In this document: piece by piece, positions 12,724 through 26,598 of the stretch
Position numbering within the stretch: position 1 is the first letter of the stretch
Layout of the letters: each line of letters begins with the position of its first letter
Assembly: GCA_964016885.1 (NCBI GenBank)
Contig: OZ024743.1
Span: 245,644,001 to 245,708,000 of the forward strand
DNA from: Eledone cirrhosa
Lineage: Eukaryota
Length of the DNA: 64,000 nucleotides
Direction of reading: 5' to 3'
Notes under the pieces: generated by a model
Databases searched by the model: none
What the model was told of the DNA's origin: nothing
Seen by the model: the letters and a program-made list of their open reading frames with translations, nothing else
Translations under genes and position numbers: made by a program

Positions 12724-14010
12724 CAGTGCATCTTCGCGTATCCGGACGGTCAAAACCAAACAGTTAGAAAAAGATCCGGTTAAGTGAAATATCCGGATAA
12801 GTGAATTCTAAAATCCCATTCTTACATAATGCTCGTGGTTTCTAATGTTTTGGCCTCTTTTCGTCAAAATAAAAGACAAATGCTAAGTAAAGAGAGTTTA
12901 TTAGAATAACAAAAGAACAGCTAGAATTTATAAGAAAATTAATTAAACAAACATAAGAATAACTAAAAACTTGGTAAAACTGAATTGAGTCAAACCATAA
13001 AAAGTTAGTACTTTTTAAAAAATGAATAAATATAAGATTGTTTTCGCGCCGAAGCTCGTCGTTCCGCTACCATTTCCCATCAACGTAAACATGTCGCAGA
13101 GTGCTAACCGGATCTGCCAGTCCCTCATACCTCAAATATGTTAAAAATTGGTCTATATGATGATATGCTTCCGCATGCGTCACAGGGCATTTCTCGACAA
13201 CTTTTTTGACTAAAACTTACTCTTCTTCTTCGTCATCCCCCTTTTGACTTACGTGTTCAACAATTCCGACGTCATCGAAATGTTCATACCCTAACCCGTC
13301 ATTCTCAAACCATTCGATTAAATCTTCCACCGAACTCTCACCAGCAATTTCTGTCAAACCCGTTAAAAGCACTTCGTCCGTAATTGGAATTTCGTAATTG
13401 TCCTCGTTTCCTTCCGCATTGTCCTTGTTCTCATCCGACATCAATTTTTTCCACGATCGACGCAAAATTTATTCAGTTATCGAGTCCCACGCAACAGCTG
13501 AACGGTCAACCACCTCCCTCATGTTTATCGCACATAAAACTGGAATCATTCCCATGTCCCCTTTTCCGATCAAATCCCGCAGCAATTGTTTTCTGTAAAT
13601 CCGCTTTAGTGTCTCCAAAACTCCCTGGCCCATTGGCTGAATAAGTGACGTAAATTTCGCCGGAAGAAATGCTGCCCGAATCTGTCCGTCTGCCGAAATC
13701 AAGTCTTCCTCATCTGGATGCGCTGCACAATTGTCCAAAACAAGAATTGCTTTAGTCTTCACCCCCATCTTAGCCAAAGCAGAATGGACAAATTGAATGA
13801 AAACTTTGTGAAACCACTCGCCGAAAATTTCTAGAGTTACCCAAGCATTCTTCGAGTTCCAATAGGTGACCGGCAAGTTCTCCATAAACCCTCAGATAAA
13901 CATAAACCATCATAAACAACCTTCAAATACACATTGTTTGTAGTATAGAAATAGCCGTCCGGTAAATCGAATTTCGGAAAAGCGATATCCGGATAAGCGA
14001 AGATGCACTG
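12724..14010 (-). mobile_element. pogo/Tigger DNA transposon, internally deleted
   Basis: 23-bp TIRs CAGTGCATCTTCGC(G/T)TATCCGGA, TA target-site duplication, transposase remnant inside. Confidence 0.93.
13217..13885 (-). pseudogene. C-terminal half of a pogo/Tigger (CENP-B-like, DDE_1) transposase
   Basis: NSKNAWVT, LVLDNCAAHP, FLPAKFTSLIQPMGQGV motifs; one in-frame stop at 13469; N-terminal HTH absent. Confidence 0.9.
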
Positions 14011-14527
14011 TACCTTCTTTTCTATCTAGCCTCTGCTTCCTTCTCCTTCCTGTCACAAAGTGTTCTTATCTATCACTCCTCTTTATCCCACCACACCATC
14101 TATATAACAGGTGATAATAATACACAGCTATGATAGAAAATGTTCCTTTCTACACATCCAGTTATGTGGAAAAGAAAGGGAACAAATGAACAGAGACAAC
14201 ACGCAAGTGGTGGTGAATAAATATACACAATGTAGGGAAGAGAAGACTTTTTAGCTTTGCTAGTAGCGAGACAACCTCTACTGTCAGCTCCATGATACAT
14301 TTCTTTCAGTACACCTGGTAAAGTGGTTAGCATTACATAGGAAATGTAGACATAAAATGAATAACTATTATATGTGTAGTTGTGCAAAGGAAGGAAGTAT
14401 ATGTGGTGATAGTATAATAGCCGGAGGAAGGAGGTATTATGTAGTGATAGTACAGTAGACAGAAGAAATAAGTAAATAAATATAGCGATAGTTGGCAAGA
14501 TGTCTTTGAGCAAGTAACTTAACTTAC

Positions 14528-14738
14528 CAATTACATGTTTACTTGTGATACCTTTCTCTGTGACAGTAGCAGCCATGTTGGATATGTAAGCTGGGAAAAT
14601 GTAGGCCTGTCTTGTCACCAGTGGCACAAGTATTGGATTGAGAGATGAGAATGCTGTGGAGTTACTTTGTTCTTTACCTTCATACATCTCAAGAACAACC
14701 ATTTCATTCCGGCGATTTTTCTGGTTGTAGAAGTTATA
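14528..14738 (-). CDS. EMC1: EMC1 exon 22
   Basis: YNFYNQKNRRNEMVVLEMYEG...ATVTEKGITSKHVI; atccag| ... |gtaagt. Confidence 0.96.
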
Positions 14739-15961
14739 CTGGATAAAAACAAGAAAGAAATATATTTAACAAAAGACACTGTCTATAATTTTCAAATAGC
14801 TTTTTAAATAATGAAGAATTTGGAAAGATTTACTAAAATAACTTTCTCATTATTAAGCTGGTGATTGGAAAATAACTTAATAAAGGTTCTTACATAAAAT
14901 TTTGATGGAAAGGTTTTAAATAAATATAAACATTTTAAAATAATGAGTTTGCTTTTTTTTTCATTACAAAACCAGGGGCAGTTTAGTATCAAAAAGGTTA
15001 ATGTAAACTGGAGGATAATAGCTTCATGAAGAAATGCAGGGCACTCAGAGTCGAGGGTACCCATGGATGAGGAAGTCCTAGAAAAACATGGTACATATTT
15101 CCAACAAACCAATCACTGTATTTATGGTTGTGAGAGTGACAAGGCATTTTGTGAGTAAATCTAACAGACCAAATATCATAAATTTTTCCCTTAAAAGCAC
15201 CAATTTATTATTTTTCTTTCCAATGTTTATATTTATATATACACCATGACATTTGACAGTTTCAAACTACTAAGTTTTACTCACAACCAATGTTCCCTTG
15301 AAGCTACATAGATGTGCAGCCATGTAATTGCTGTATTGGAGCTACACACATCAAAACATTGCCACACAGTAGATTGGAATTTAAAATATTTTTGCTCAAA
15401 GCATCAAACGTTCCACTCAGTGGTTTGGAAAATTTAAAGGGAACGTTGCTCACAATATAATGGTCACTCTGAAGATAATTTCTCAAGGTGCTGTGCAGTA
15501 GGATCAAACCCAGAACCACAGCTGTGAAGCAAACATATTAACCCCCACAGCCATGCTATCTCCTGTTTCAGTTTAAGCTATAACTAAAGTAAACATCAGA
15601 GTAGTTAATAATGAGGAGATTGAGTATTGTGTGACAGGTTAATAGATATACCTACTGTGATCCAGTTATTAGAGTGAATCACATTAACAAGTCTGTGTTA
15701 TGTGAAGGATTGTGAAGGTATGTGGCCTCGTGGTTAGTGTTTCATTCAGAATAATAAAATCATGGGTTCAATTTCCATACTGGATGTTATGTGTTTTTGA
15801 GCAAAACTTTTCATTTCATGTTGCTTTTCATGACTGAGGTCTTTGTCATTCGAAATTCAAGAAACCTGCTATGAAATGCAACCTATAGGACATTTAAACT
15901 TACATAAATGTCAGCTGTAACTTTTACTATATGAAGGTATAGGATTAATAGGGATACGTAC

Positions 15962-16083
15962 CACGACCCAGTTCTCAGAGTGAACCACATTAACAGGTCC
16001 TTTCACTCTTCGGTGGTTGGAATGATAAACAACATTTCCAGTAATCAAGTCAATTAGATAAATATTCAGGAAGTTAGATGGAA
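15962..16083 (-). CDS. EMC1: EMC1 exon 21
   Basis: PSNFLNIYLIDLITGNVVYHSNHRRVKGPVNVVHSENWVV; gtacag| ... |gtacgt. Confidence 0.96.
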
Positions 16084-17044
16084 CTGTACAAGACAAACAG
16101 AATACAGAAATCATTGTTTAGTTGGAAAACAAACAAACAAAAAAAGAAACTAATTACGCACTTATCTCATTATTAATATCACCTTATTATATAGGAATGA
16201 ATAATGAAACCAGTGTGATAGAATGGTAGACAAGCTACCACTGTTCCTCTCCATCCCTACCTTCTTATCACATTGTTTTCTCTTTTCATACTCAAAATAT
16301 ACTTTCTCCATTTTCAATCATTGGCCAGTATTCTCCTTCTAATTACCTTCAGTCATGTTTGCATTGAAAAACAGAGACTACATTCTAACTGACCATGACT
16401 ATCTAGCTGTGTTTTTTTTTCTTTTTCCAGGAATTCTGAATCTAAGATAGTATTATCCAATGTGTTTTATTTTGTTTATGAAGGTAGGATGTGATTTGAG
16501 GGCGGATGGTTTGCTATTTCTAACAGGTCAAGTGACTACATATATAATCTCTCTCTTTAGTTTGATGGCTTCCAATGTTAATAGTAATAACAATAACAAC
16601 AATCACAGATAAAAATAAAATTAAAGGGAAAGCAAGAAATCATTAAACCCTGCAAAGTGGTTGATGATCAAATGAAGATAATATGGGGTAGATAGGATTC
16701 TCTAATATGATTGAGCATCTGACAACCTCTCCAGAACTGGTGTCATGATAAAATGCACCAAGTGGTTGACAATCAAATGGAGACAATATAGAGTAGAGTG
16801 GACTTTCTAGTCTAGCTGAGCACATGACAACTTCTCTAATACTGGTGCCATGATAAGATGCACTCAGTACACTCTGTAAAATGGTAGTGCGGATGCCATA
16901 ATAAAATGCACCCAGGACATTCTGTAAAGTGGTTGGCATTGTGATGACCTGCCAAACCCATGCCAGCATGAAAAATAAGAATACAGTAGATTTAAGGTTA
17001 AAAGATTCAATATCTATTAAAAGACTATAGGGAAATAAAGTTAC

Positions 17045-17164
17045 ATTTCTGTGAAGGTAAGAGTGGCTCTTCTCCTTCGGCTGTCACAACAACCAGGTTT
17101 GGGTTGAGATATTTATAGAGAACACTTCTGTCACCAAGGACACGGCCCAGGGAATGTACAATTT
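17045..17164 (-). CDS. EMC1: EMC1 exon 20
   Basis: [39 protein letters not shown]; tttcag| ... |gtaact. Confidence 0.96.
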
Positions 17165-18019
17165 CTGAAAATATACATAAATAGGCAATCAACAGTGTAT
17201 GGTAACATATGGCGAACATGATTGGGTCAAAGGTTTATGTTAAAGAGTATCGAACATACTTTGGTAGACACCAATATGTTCATGTATGATGAACATGAAT
17301 AAGTAAACCAGGCGATTTGGTATCAAAATAGTTAACACACAGAAGACCCGACTTCCCACGGGTACAAACTGAAGCTGGAGCATATAGACAATATGCCCCC
17401 ACCCCCTCCCACTGCAAAAAAGCACCCAGCCCACACTGTAAAGTGGATGTGTAGATGCCACGGAAAAAAAGCACCCAGCACTCACTGTAAATGAGGTTGG
17501 TGTTAGGAAGGGCATCAAGCTGTAGAAATCAAGCCAGAATCAGTTCCCATATGAACATGACAAGCTCAGCCGACTGGACACTGCCCACAACAGGACAACC
17601 CGTCTAACCCATGCTAGCGTGGAAGAACAGACATAAAACAGTGGTGATGATGATGATGATAAAAATGAACAGTGTATGTTAACGCTTTTGGTACCAAATC
17701 ATCTGAAACTGCCCATGGGTGTGTGATACAAAACTGTTTATATTTATCTAAAAACCTTCCACCATAATCTTATGCAACAAATTTTGTTAAATTATGCTTC
17801 AAAGTCCAGCTTAATAATGAGAAAGTTATATTACTTATTCCTGCCAAATCTTTTAATACCCCTCTTTTTATCCCCCCACACCTATTAGATAAACATCATA
17901 CGTGTAACCTTCTTTATTCCCCCATCTATTGTCATCCACCCATGGAATCATATTTGATATCCTTCTTATACTTGTTCTTACTCCCTACATAGGGTGAAGA
18001 GAGCTTTTCAGTCAATAAC

Positions 18020-18360
18020 TGACAACCTCCCTAGTGTTGGCGTCATGATGAAATCCACCTAGTTTATTCTATAAAGTGGTTGGTGTTAAAAAGGGCTTCC
18101 CACTGTAGAAGCCATGCCAATCGAGTTGTGAGGACTCTTCAGTCATGTCATGGGCATGACAACCTCTCTAGTGCTGGTGCCAAGATAGAATGCACCTAGT
18201 ACACTCTAAAGTGGTTGGTATTAGGAAGGGCATCTAGCCATAAAAAAATTGTTAAACAAAGGGTTGAGAGGACTCTTCAGTTGTGTCAAGGGAATGACAA
18301 CCTCCCTAGTGCTGGTGCTATGATATAATGCACCCAGTACACTCTGTAAAGTGTAGGAAT
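18020..18360 (+). repeat. Degenerate head-to-tail ~135-bp repeats related to the RTE/SINE 3' region
   Basis: TGACAACCTC(C/T)CTAGTG(C/T)TGG...AAAGTG recurs three times; relatives near 16720, 21350, 30940-31270, 50100-50520, 54470, 58580. Confidence 0.6.
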
Positions 18361-19394
18361 GTATGTATTGATTAATTGCTGACTTGGTTTCTGACAACCT
18401 ATTCTAGCATGGAAAATGACTGATAAGTGATGGCGATGAATTATTTAAAGATCATAGGCAGTGTCTTCCATTAGAAATATGGTAACAAAATAATCAAAAT
18501 ATAGTATACTGGGTGTACCAGATATAAACAGACCTGATGCAATCCCTCGTATATAAACATCATCATGGGAGAGAAATGCAGAATGATAGAGTTTGATGCC
18601 AATGGGTAGGGGTTGAATACAGAATGATCTAATGACATCCCTTCTTATACAAGAGAATTATATATTATTGCTGTATTTCAAATGCATCATCTTTATCAAT
18701 TATAGAAATATACACTGATTATGGTCTTTATAGTTTAATTATTTAGTTGAGTATCAAAGTCCTTCACCCTTTTCCTGAGATCTGTTCACAATTTTGATAC
18801 ACATCACCAAATAATTGATTTTAAATCTAGGCAAAAGACCAGTAAATTTGACTGGTGCTTTAGTTTATTGACTCCAAAAGGATGAAAAGCAAAGTTAACT
18901 TCGGTGGGATTTCAACTTAGAATGTAAAGAGCCAAAACAAATACTGTAATGACATTTTATCCAACACTCTACTAATTTTGCCAATCCACTCAAATAATTA
19001 AAGAACAAGTCTATAACAGAAACCAAAATTAGTGCATGTTTATTATTAATAAAGGTTGCAAGCAAGTGGAAACGATATAGAGGAGAGAAGACCATTTTAG
19101 TCTTGCTATCAACACACCAGTACATTCTGTAAATTGGCTGATGATAGGAAGGGTTCCCGGCTATATAAAACATGCTACAAATGGATCATTTGAATAGAAA
19201 TTGACATGAGTCATGATAACCTATAGAACATGGAAAGAGGATGTATGATGATATTACCAAAACTACAACAATGTCTGTCTCAACACAATGTCACATCAAG
19301 ATTCTTATTAAACATATAGAAGAAATAAATTATTGTATCCATTGATAATTTACTAGTGAGCATCAGTAATGCAGTAGGTAGTTTAATAACTTAC

Positions 19395-19476
19395 CAGAGC
19401 TTCTCTTAGTAACAACATTTGTTATAGTCTGTATATTATTTTGCATGTTTACAATCCAGGTTTTTTCTGCCATAAT
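19395..19476 (-). CDS. EMC1: EMC1 exon 19
   Basis: IMAEKTWIVNMQNNIQTITNVVTKRSS; ttgtag| ... |gtaagt. Confidence 0.9.
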
Positions 19477-20785
19477 CTACAACATATACACAGTATACAT
19501 GTAAATACATTAAACTATACATTACTGTGTATATTATTTTACAGTCTACATCGATAATATATAACATTCACACAGCAAATGTGTGGTGAATATATTTGAT
19601 ACTATATAATTGCTTGTGTTATGACTATTATAAAAAAAGATGGGATAAATATCCCATAACTCCTTGTGGAGTCATAGAGTCACCGTCATATGGTGTGTCT
19701 AGGGCACTTTTAAACCTGGTGGAGGCCAACCCTCTCCAGGTCTGAACACAGCCGATTTTTTCTATAGAGGAAGAATCGATCTCAGTACTGGACTGGTATT
19801 TTTTTTTTATTGACCTTGAAAGGATGAAAAGCAAAGTTGACCATGACGGGTTTAGAACTCAGAGCATGCAATGAGGTGGGATGAATACCATAAAGCATTC
19901 TATCCGACGTCTTAATGACTGCCAATTTGCTGCTTTATATGTGTATTATATTTGCATGTATATCATAATGTGTGAAGGCCTGTGGCTCTGTGTTTAGAGT
20001 GTTTGGCACAAAATCATAAGGTTTGATTCCTTGCGATGTATTGTGTCCTTGAGCAAGACACTTTATTTCACATTGCTCCAGTCCACTCAGCTGGAAAATA
20101 TTAGTTGCACTTGTAATTCAATTCAAAAGTCCAGCTTCATCACATACTCTGCTAGGTCCTACCAAATCTCCCTGAGGACTCCGTTAAGGGTACACATGTC
20201 AGTGGAATGCTCAGTCACTTGCACATTAATTTAACAAGCAAGTTGTTCCATTGATTGAAGCAATGGAGGTCTAACAGCAACATTTATAATATAATATTAA
20301 AAACAGAGTGTGTATATTAGTTTGAAAGTTTACACTTTATGTCGTCTTTGCTATAACATACACACACCAAACATGTAAACATATTAACGACTGCATTATT
20401 AAAGCACCAAGGCCACCTGGTCAGGTGATAGTACTGATAAAATAATAAAATGCTCCCAGTACATGCCATAAAATGGTTGGTATTAAGATAGGGTATCTAC
20501 TTGTTGAAATCATGCTAGAATGGAATGTATAAGTAAGATGCTGACATCTGACTTAGCTAGCCTCAGAATGTGACACACCACCTAACCAATGCAAGTATGG
20601 AAAATAGATATAAAATGTTAATGATGATGATGATGACAGCATAGGAGTGGACCTAATTTAGCTGCCCTGTTTGAGTAGTCAGTGACACTGTAATATTACA
20701 GCCAGTGTCACAATATAAATAACATAAGTATATATACAAGAACACAAGTTACTATAACAATCAGAAAGGACAGTGAAATATTTAC

Positions 20786-20911
20786 CTTATCTCTATGACT
20801 AATTAACCGATAACCTTGTATATGTCCTTCAGTTACACTGACAGAGTAAAAAAACACAGAGGACAAACATTTACGTAGAGTCATCTGGTAGGAAGCTGGG
20901 TAGGTGTGGAC
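20786..20911 (-). CDS. EMC1: EMC1 exon 18
   Basis: VHTYPASY...VFFYSVSVTEGHIQGYRLISHRDK; tttcag| ... |gtaaat. Confidence 0.93.
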
Positions 20912-22124
20912 CTGAAAGATAAGGCAAATATTACAATTCATTAATATCGATAATAATTAAGCAGAAAATATTTAAAAACGGGTGTGTTAATTGAAATGAT
21001 TGTAGTAAATATCTAAAAACAGGTTTTTTTTATTAAATGTTTATAGTATCTTTACTGGTGGACAAATCCTTGTGAAAATGAGCAGTATTAGAGTAAAGAC
21101 TTTAATTTAAGCAGTCATAGCGTTTTATACCTTTCAAGAAAATCTTGCTAATGCAGTTTTATGTGGTTCAGGATATTATCAATTAATGACATTCACAAAT
21201 AAAATGATGCTGATGATGATGCATGTATATATAAGTAAAAAAAAATACATACATAGACAAACACACACACTGGTGATAGGAAGGGCATCCAGCTGTAGAA
21301 AGCATGCCAAACAAATGGTTGGGAGGATCCTTTAGTTATATCAAGGACACAACACCCTCCTAGTGCTAGTGATCGACACAATAAAAGCACCCAGTACATG
21401 CTGTAAAGTGTTTGGTGTTAGGAAGGGCAACCAACCACAGAATCCTTGTCAAACCAGGGGTTAGGGTCCTTCAATGTGTCAAAAAACATGACAACTTTTC
21501 CTCTGCACTCGATAATGATTGCTTCAGTACTGATATGATCTATATAGACCCGTCCAACTAGCAGAGAAAGATGTTAAATGATGATGATGATGATGATGAT
21601 GATATATATACATACCAAATTTAATATAGAAATGGCTACTACAGGACTAGAAGTGTTTCATTTGAAGAAGCCATTTCTATATTAAATTTGTTGTTTACAC
21701 TCTAGTAATGTATTGAGTACCTTACTTACTGTGGTGTATTGAGTACCTTATGTATTGAGTACCTTACTTACTTATGATGATGATAATGATGTGTATCAAG
21801 CCTTAAATGAGTTTTCGGTTAAGTACAATGTATGTTTTTAATAGCTCATCAGTGTTTAAAACATCTGCCTTATACATTAGCTCCGTTATGTAGCATTTGT
21901 TATGCAAAGGACAATTGGTAGCAGTGTCTAGCTATGTTCATACTAAATGATGATTTGAACCAATTGATTTTCCAGCTCTAGTATTTGCTAAGCCTAGTAT
22001 TGGGTTATGATTCTATATAATTTATATTTTCGTGGAAACTGTATTGCTACTCAGGGTAAGCCCCAGTCCTTTTCTTTTAGACAGGAGGTAATAACCTAGA
22101 CTTCCACTTGTGCTCTTTTATCAT

Positions 22125-22468
22125 TTCATCATCATCATTTCATTTTACGTCCGCTTTTTCCCTGCTTGCAAGGGTGGGACGGGAACTGATTCTGGCTTGA
22201 TTTCTACAGCTGGATGCCCTTCCTAACACCAACCTCATTTACAGTGAGTGCTGGGTGCTTTTTTTTGCCGTGGCACCTCCACGACCACTTTGCAGTGGAA
22301 TGATAGGGACCCCAGTCCCTATCATCTCATTTCTACAGCTGAGTAAACTGGAGCAATGTGAAATAAAGTGTCTTGCTCAAGGAAACAACACATCACCCGG
22401 TCTGAGAATTGAACTCACAACCTTTCGATTGCAAGGCCAATGCTCTAACCACTAAGCCATGTGCCTCC
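22125..22468 (-). mobile_element. Full-length SINE family A (CORE-like; possibly related to the octopus OR2 SINE)
   Basis: A-box TGGCTTAGTGG, B-box GTTCAATTC, centre CCTTGAGCAAGACACTT...CAGTTTACTCAGCTGTAGAAATG resembling the MIR/CORE domain, (GAT)n tail. Confidence 0.82.
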
Positions 22469-22807
22469 ATAACCATCTGAATAGCAGTCACCCTATTTAA
22501 TAGTTTGAGTGAACACATAGACTCCGTGGCAATCTCAGCAAAATAGACTTGGTTCATCAGCTCCTTTCACTGCATTTTCATGAAGCAGTCTTGTAAATCC
22601 CCTTGTCGCTCTCTATGATTGTGCTCCATTAAGCCCCGTAATTTACTAGTTTTCAAATAGAAATCAATAAAATAAGTACTAAACTGAAATAAACATTTGG
22701 GTCGATATAATCAATTAAAATTCTTAAAGGTGGTACTTTAGCATGGTGACAGTCAAATGACTGAAATCAGTAAAAGAGCAAAAACAATGTGTGTGAAAAT
22801 AACTTAC

Positions 22808-22978
22808 AATGTAATTACTGTCCAGTATAACAACTCCCTTCAAATAGTTCTTGTCTACTTCGGTGTACATAGCTGCCTGAACCACTTGGTAAGCGAGATT
22901 CTTGCCACTGGATGGGATGTCAGACACAGGATTCCCAGTTACAGGGTTGAAGGCATAAATCACCCCTTCACCATTCAC
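22808..22978 (-). CDS. EMC1: EMC1 exon 17
   Basis: VNGEGVIYAFNPVTG...DKNYLKGVVILDSNYI; tactag| ... |gtaagt. Confidence 0.93.
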
Positions 22979-23289
22979 CTAGTAGCAAAAGAGAAAAAAT
23001 AAATTATAATAGAAATTAAAATATTTTGATACCAACTTGCCTGAAATTACTCCTGGTTTTATGCTATGAAGCTGCCTGTTTTAAAGTGTTCACACATTAA
23101 AACCTTCCACCATAATTTTATATAAGACCCTTTTGTAAAGTAATGTTCCAAACATTAGCGTAATAATGAGAAAGTTAGTTTATTAAAATCCTTCACATTT
23201 TTACTATTTTCAAATTTATTGAAACACATAGGCAGTGTATTTCCTTAGAAATACAAAAGTTTAAAGGCCATCTTTCCTTAAGGACAAGC

Positions 23290-24390
23290 TTCTCTATTTT
23301 TCCTTTCATTCTACCTCAACACATGGCCCAATCATCTCATTCCATTTCTTTTCATAATATTCATCACTGGTTCTATTTTCATCATCTTCTGCAATACATT
23401 GTTTGTCTTCCTCTCTCAGCAATTCTCCACTCACCCACCAGACTATTCTCATTCCCATTCTATCCATGTTTCTTTGTTGTTTCACATCCATCAACTATGT
23501 CTTATTTCCATAAATAATGGGACTTCTCACGCATTCAGCATACACCTTTCCTTTATGTTTCAGAACATTAGCACACCATTCAGTTCCTGGCACTTCTTCC
23601 ATACACATCTCGTTCTCAATACTATTGCAGATTATGATCCACCCTCCCCATTCAACATGTCTCCAAAGTAGCAAACTGTTTCTTGGTCTTCCCTTCCACA
23701 ATCATACTATTCCCAAGATTCAGCTCAACATCCCCTCTATATACACTACACATAAATGTAGCTACCACATTATTTAATAATCCCTTCACATCCCCACATT
23801 TTATATGTGCCCACCCAGTGCATATCATATATTTAATGGGTTTCACTCTAACACTCTTCCTGCATACTGTACACAGCCACCTTTCTGTTCTTTACATCTC
23901 ACCATTACTTTGCCAGTTGCTATCACCTTCTTTCCAATATTCACCTTCATACCCTGTGATTCCATACACTCCTTCCACCTATTCATCTTATCTCTAGCCA
24001 ATCATAATCTCTACTATTAACACCAGGTTATCTACATACAGCAGCTCCCATGGTAAATTCCCTTTTACACTTTGGGTTAGTACTTCCATCATAACTAAAT
24101 ATAGTATAGGGCTTAATACTAATCCCTGATACATTCCAACTTTTACTTCAAACTTGTTACAGTTCCCATCCTTTGTCCATATGACTGTACATACTTTCTC
24201 ATACATTGTCATCACTACTCTAACAAACTATTCATTCACTCCTAACTCTCTCCATGTTACTACTTCACGTGGAACCCAATTGAAAGCTTTTTTCAGATAA
24301 AAAAACCCATAAAACAAATTTTTCGTTTTGTTCCTGTAATTCTGTAACTGCCTCACAATAAAAATTGTTTCAGTTGTTCCCTTTTCTGAC
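23290..24390 (-). mobile_element. Old degenerate RTE LINE, RT region
   Basis: FEVKVGMYQGLVLSP, LPWELLYVDNL, degenerate Cys/His finger. Confidence 0.75.
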
Positions 24391-24725
24391 TCCAATTTAC
24401 CGAATGTAGTAATAACATTTTAACCCATTTGATACCAACCTCTCTCAAACCATCTCTGATTCTATTAGACAAAAACCATCCATTTTAAAGTGTTTCTATT
24501 TAAATTAAAATCTTTCAACATAATATATACAAACCATATGTTAAGTTACTATCTCAGTAATAAAATAATAAATTTAGTAAATCCTTCAAAACTTTCCATT
24601 AATTATTTGAAATAGAGTATACTTCATTAGAAATATGTTCACAAATGGGTTTAACAGATGACAACTTCACAGCTACTGTGTGATATAGTATAAAATACAA
24701 TTATTCAGACAGTGGTTGTACTTAC

Positions 24726-24890
24726 TTTGTTTTTGCCAAGAACTAAACATTGAGGATGGTTACCAACATGCGCTGTAGTTCTCTGGACAAAGAGCATCAG
24801 ATTTGGGTTACCGTAGTTGTTGAATGGTGCCATCTTGGAAATATAATGGCACCAAATGATACGGCCATTGGTACTTCGAATACCAAACAA
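24726..24890 (-). CDS. EMC1: EMC1 exon 16
   Basis: LFGIRSTNGRIIW...VQRTTAHVGNHPQCLVLGKNK; ttacag| ... |gtaagt. Confidence 0.95.
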
Positions 24891-26415
24891 CTGTAAAAAT
24901 ACATGTAAACAATTACAACTCAGATTTAAATACAATTTATAAATTAATAAACGAAAAAAATATGACAGAAAGATGTTAATGCCTTTCCAAAAAGCTTGCT
25001 TCTTATGAAATGAATTGCCTACAACAGGAAATCAAAAATAGCGTGTTGAGGAAGAGGGGGTCTTAATTCTTATACTACCACCACTACCCTGGTGATAATT
25101 GTCATATCTTTTAACTCTTAACATCCTGTACCACATGAAACTGCATTAACAAGACATTCTTGAAAAATACAAAGAAGCACAATGACTGTATCGCATTAGA
25201 AATTAAAGTCTTTAGTTTACTGCAAATTTTCACAATAACCTATTCCCTAGTAAAGATAGTATAAACATTTCAATTAACAATTTACGGCATCCAGCCATAG
25301 AAAACCAGCCAGAAACTCCTCTACGAGCGAGACACAGTCACCCGACCCAACTTGTCTCAAATGGGACAAACCCGTCTAATCCATGTTAGCGTGGAAGATA
25401 GACGTTAAACGATAATGATGATGATGACATGTAAGTTTTCACAATAATCTATCCACTAGTAAATATACTGTAAACATTCGAATTAACAATTTACTGTAAG
25501 TTTTCAAAATGATCTGTCCACTGGTAAAGATACTAAAAACATTTGAATTAACAAACCCACTTTTTGGATATTTTCCATTAAATAATTACAAGATACTAAG
25601 AGTTAATATACATCATTTACTGGAACGGATACAAAAATTATTCCTGAGAAAAATGTTATGGATGTAAAATTATAAAGAAAGAAGAATCTCAGGATAGAAA
25701 ACTGGAAAGGAACCAATTTTCTGATCCAATCAAGTAAACAATTTTTCCATTGGTCTTTCCATTGCTGATACTGTTTGCCAGTCACAACTCCTCGCAGAAG
25801 GAGGCAGAATTTGAACTCAGAACGTACATAGCTGAAACATATACTGCAAAGAATCCTGTCCAAGTCTTTAACAATGACAACAACCCACTTCCTCTGGACT
25901 GGTACTTATTCATCGACTCCAAATGAATTAAAGGCAAAGTTAACCTCAACAGGATTTAAACACAGCATGCAGAAATCTGGAGCAAATGCCAAAGCATTTA
26001 ATCTGATCCAATTCATTGCTATTAGGAGAACTGAGTAGGAATTGCTATTTATGGAATGTTAATGTTAAAGAGAAATATAAGGAAACCTTTAGGAATTCAA
26101 CAGCATTAACCCTTTTGACACCAAACCACCAGAAACCAGTCTGAATTTATGATACAAAACTGCTTATTTTTAAATGTTTAGCATTATATTAAATTTTTTC
26201 ATCATAATTATATTTTAGAAATTTTTTAAAACATTTTCTAAATATCAGCTTACTAATGAAAGAGTTAGTTATTTTATTAAATTCCTCTAAGTTTTTGGTT
26301 CTTTTCAAAATCAATTGAAACACATACACAAGTTATTTTCAATATTAATTAAAGCACATAGGCAGTGTATTTCATTAGATATATGGTAATGAAAGTATTA
26401 AAACAGAGAACAAAC

Positions 26416-26598
26416 CTTTCCGGGACGAGTGATGGCAACAATAATTTTGTTGAGATTGAAATCATCTCTAGTCAAATCTTCTTCTTCTTCCTCAGCATCA
26501 TCTTCTTCAGACTCAACATCTTCATCATCATCAATTAATGAAGAAGGTTGGTGGTGCCGGTGTCCCTGAAGTCTTTGTACTATGTATTGTAATAGCAT
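26416..26598 (-). CDS. EMC1: EMC1 exon 15 (acidic tract)
   Basis: MLLQYIVQRLQGHRHHQPSSLIDDDEDVESEEDDAEEEEEDLTRDDFNLNKIIVAITRPGK; ccacag| ... |gtttgt. Confidence 0.9.

Noticed and set aside
13217-13885. Domesticated TIGD/CENP-B-like gene
   Set aside because: Lies within TIRs, lacks the DNA-binding domain and has an in-frame stop
14100-14527. Extension of the 200-aa ORF beyond exon 22
   Set aside because: Read-through into the intron after a canonical donor; EMC1 similarity stops there
22395-22468. tRNA gene
   Set aside because: A/B boxes are the head of a multi-copy SINE continuing into core and tail
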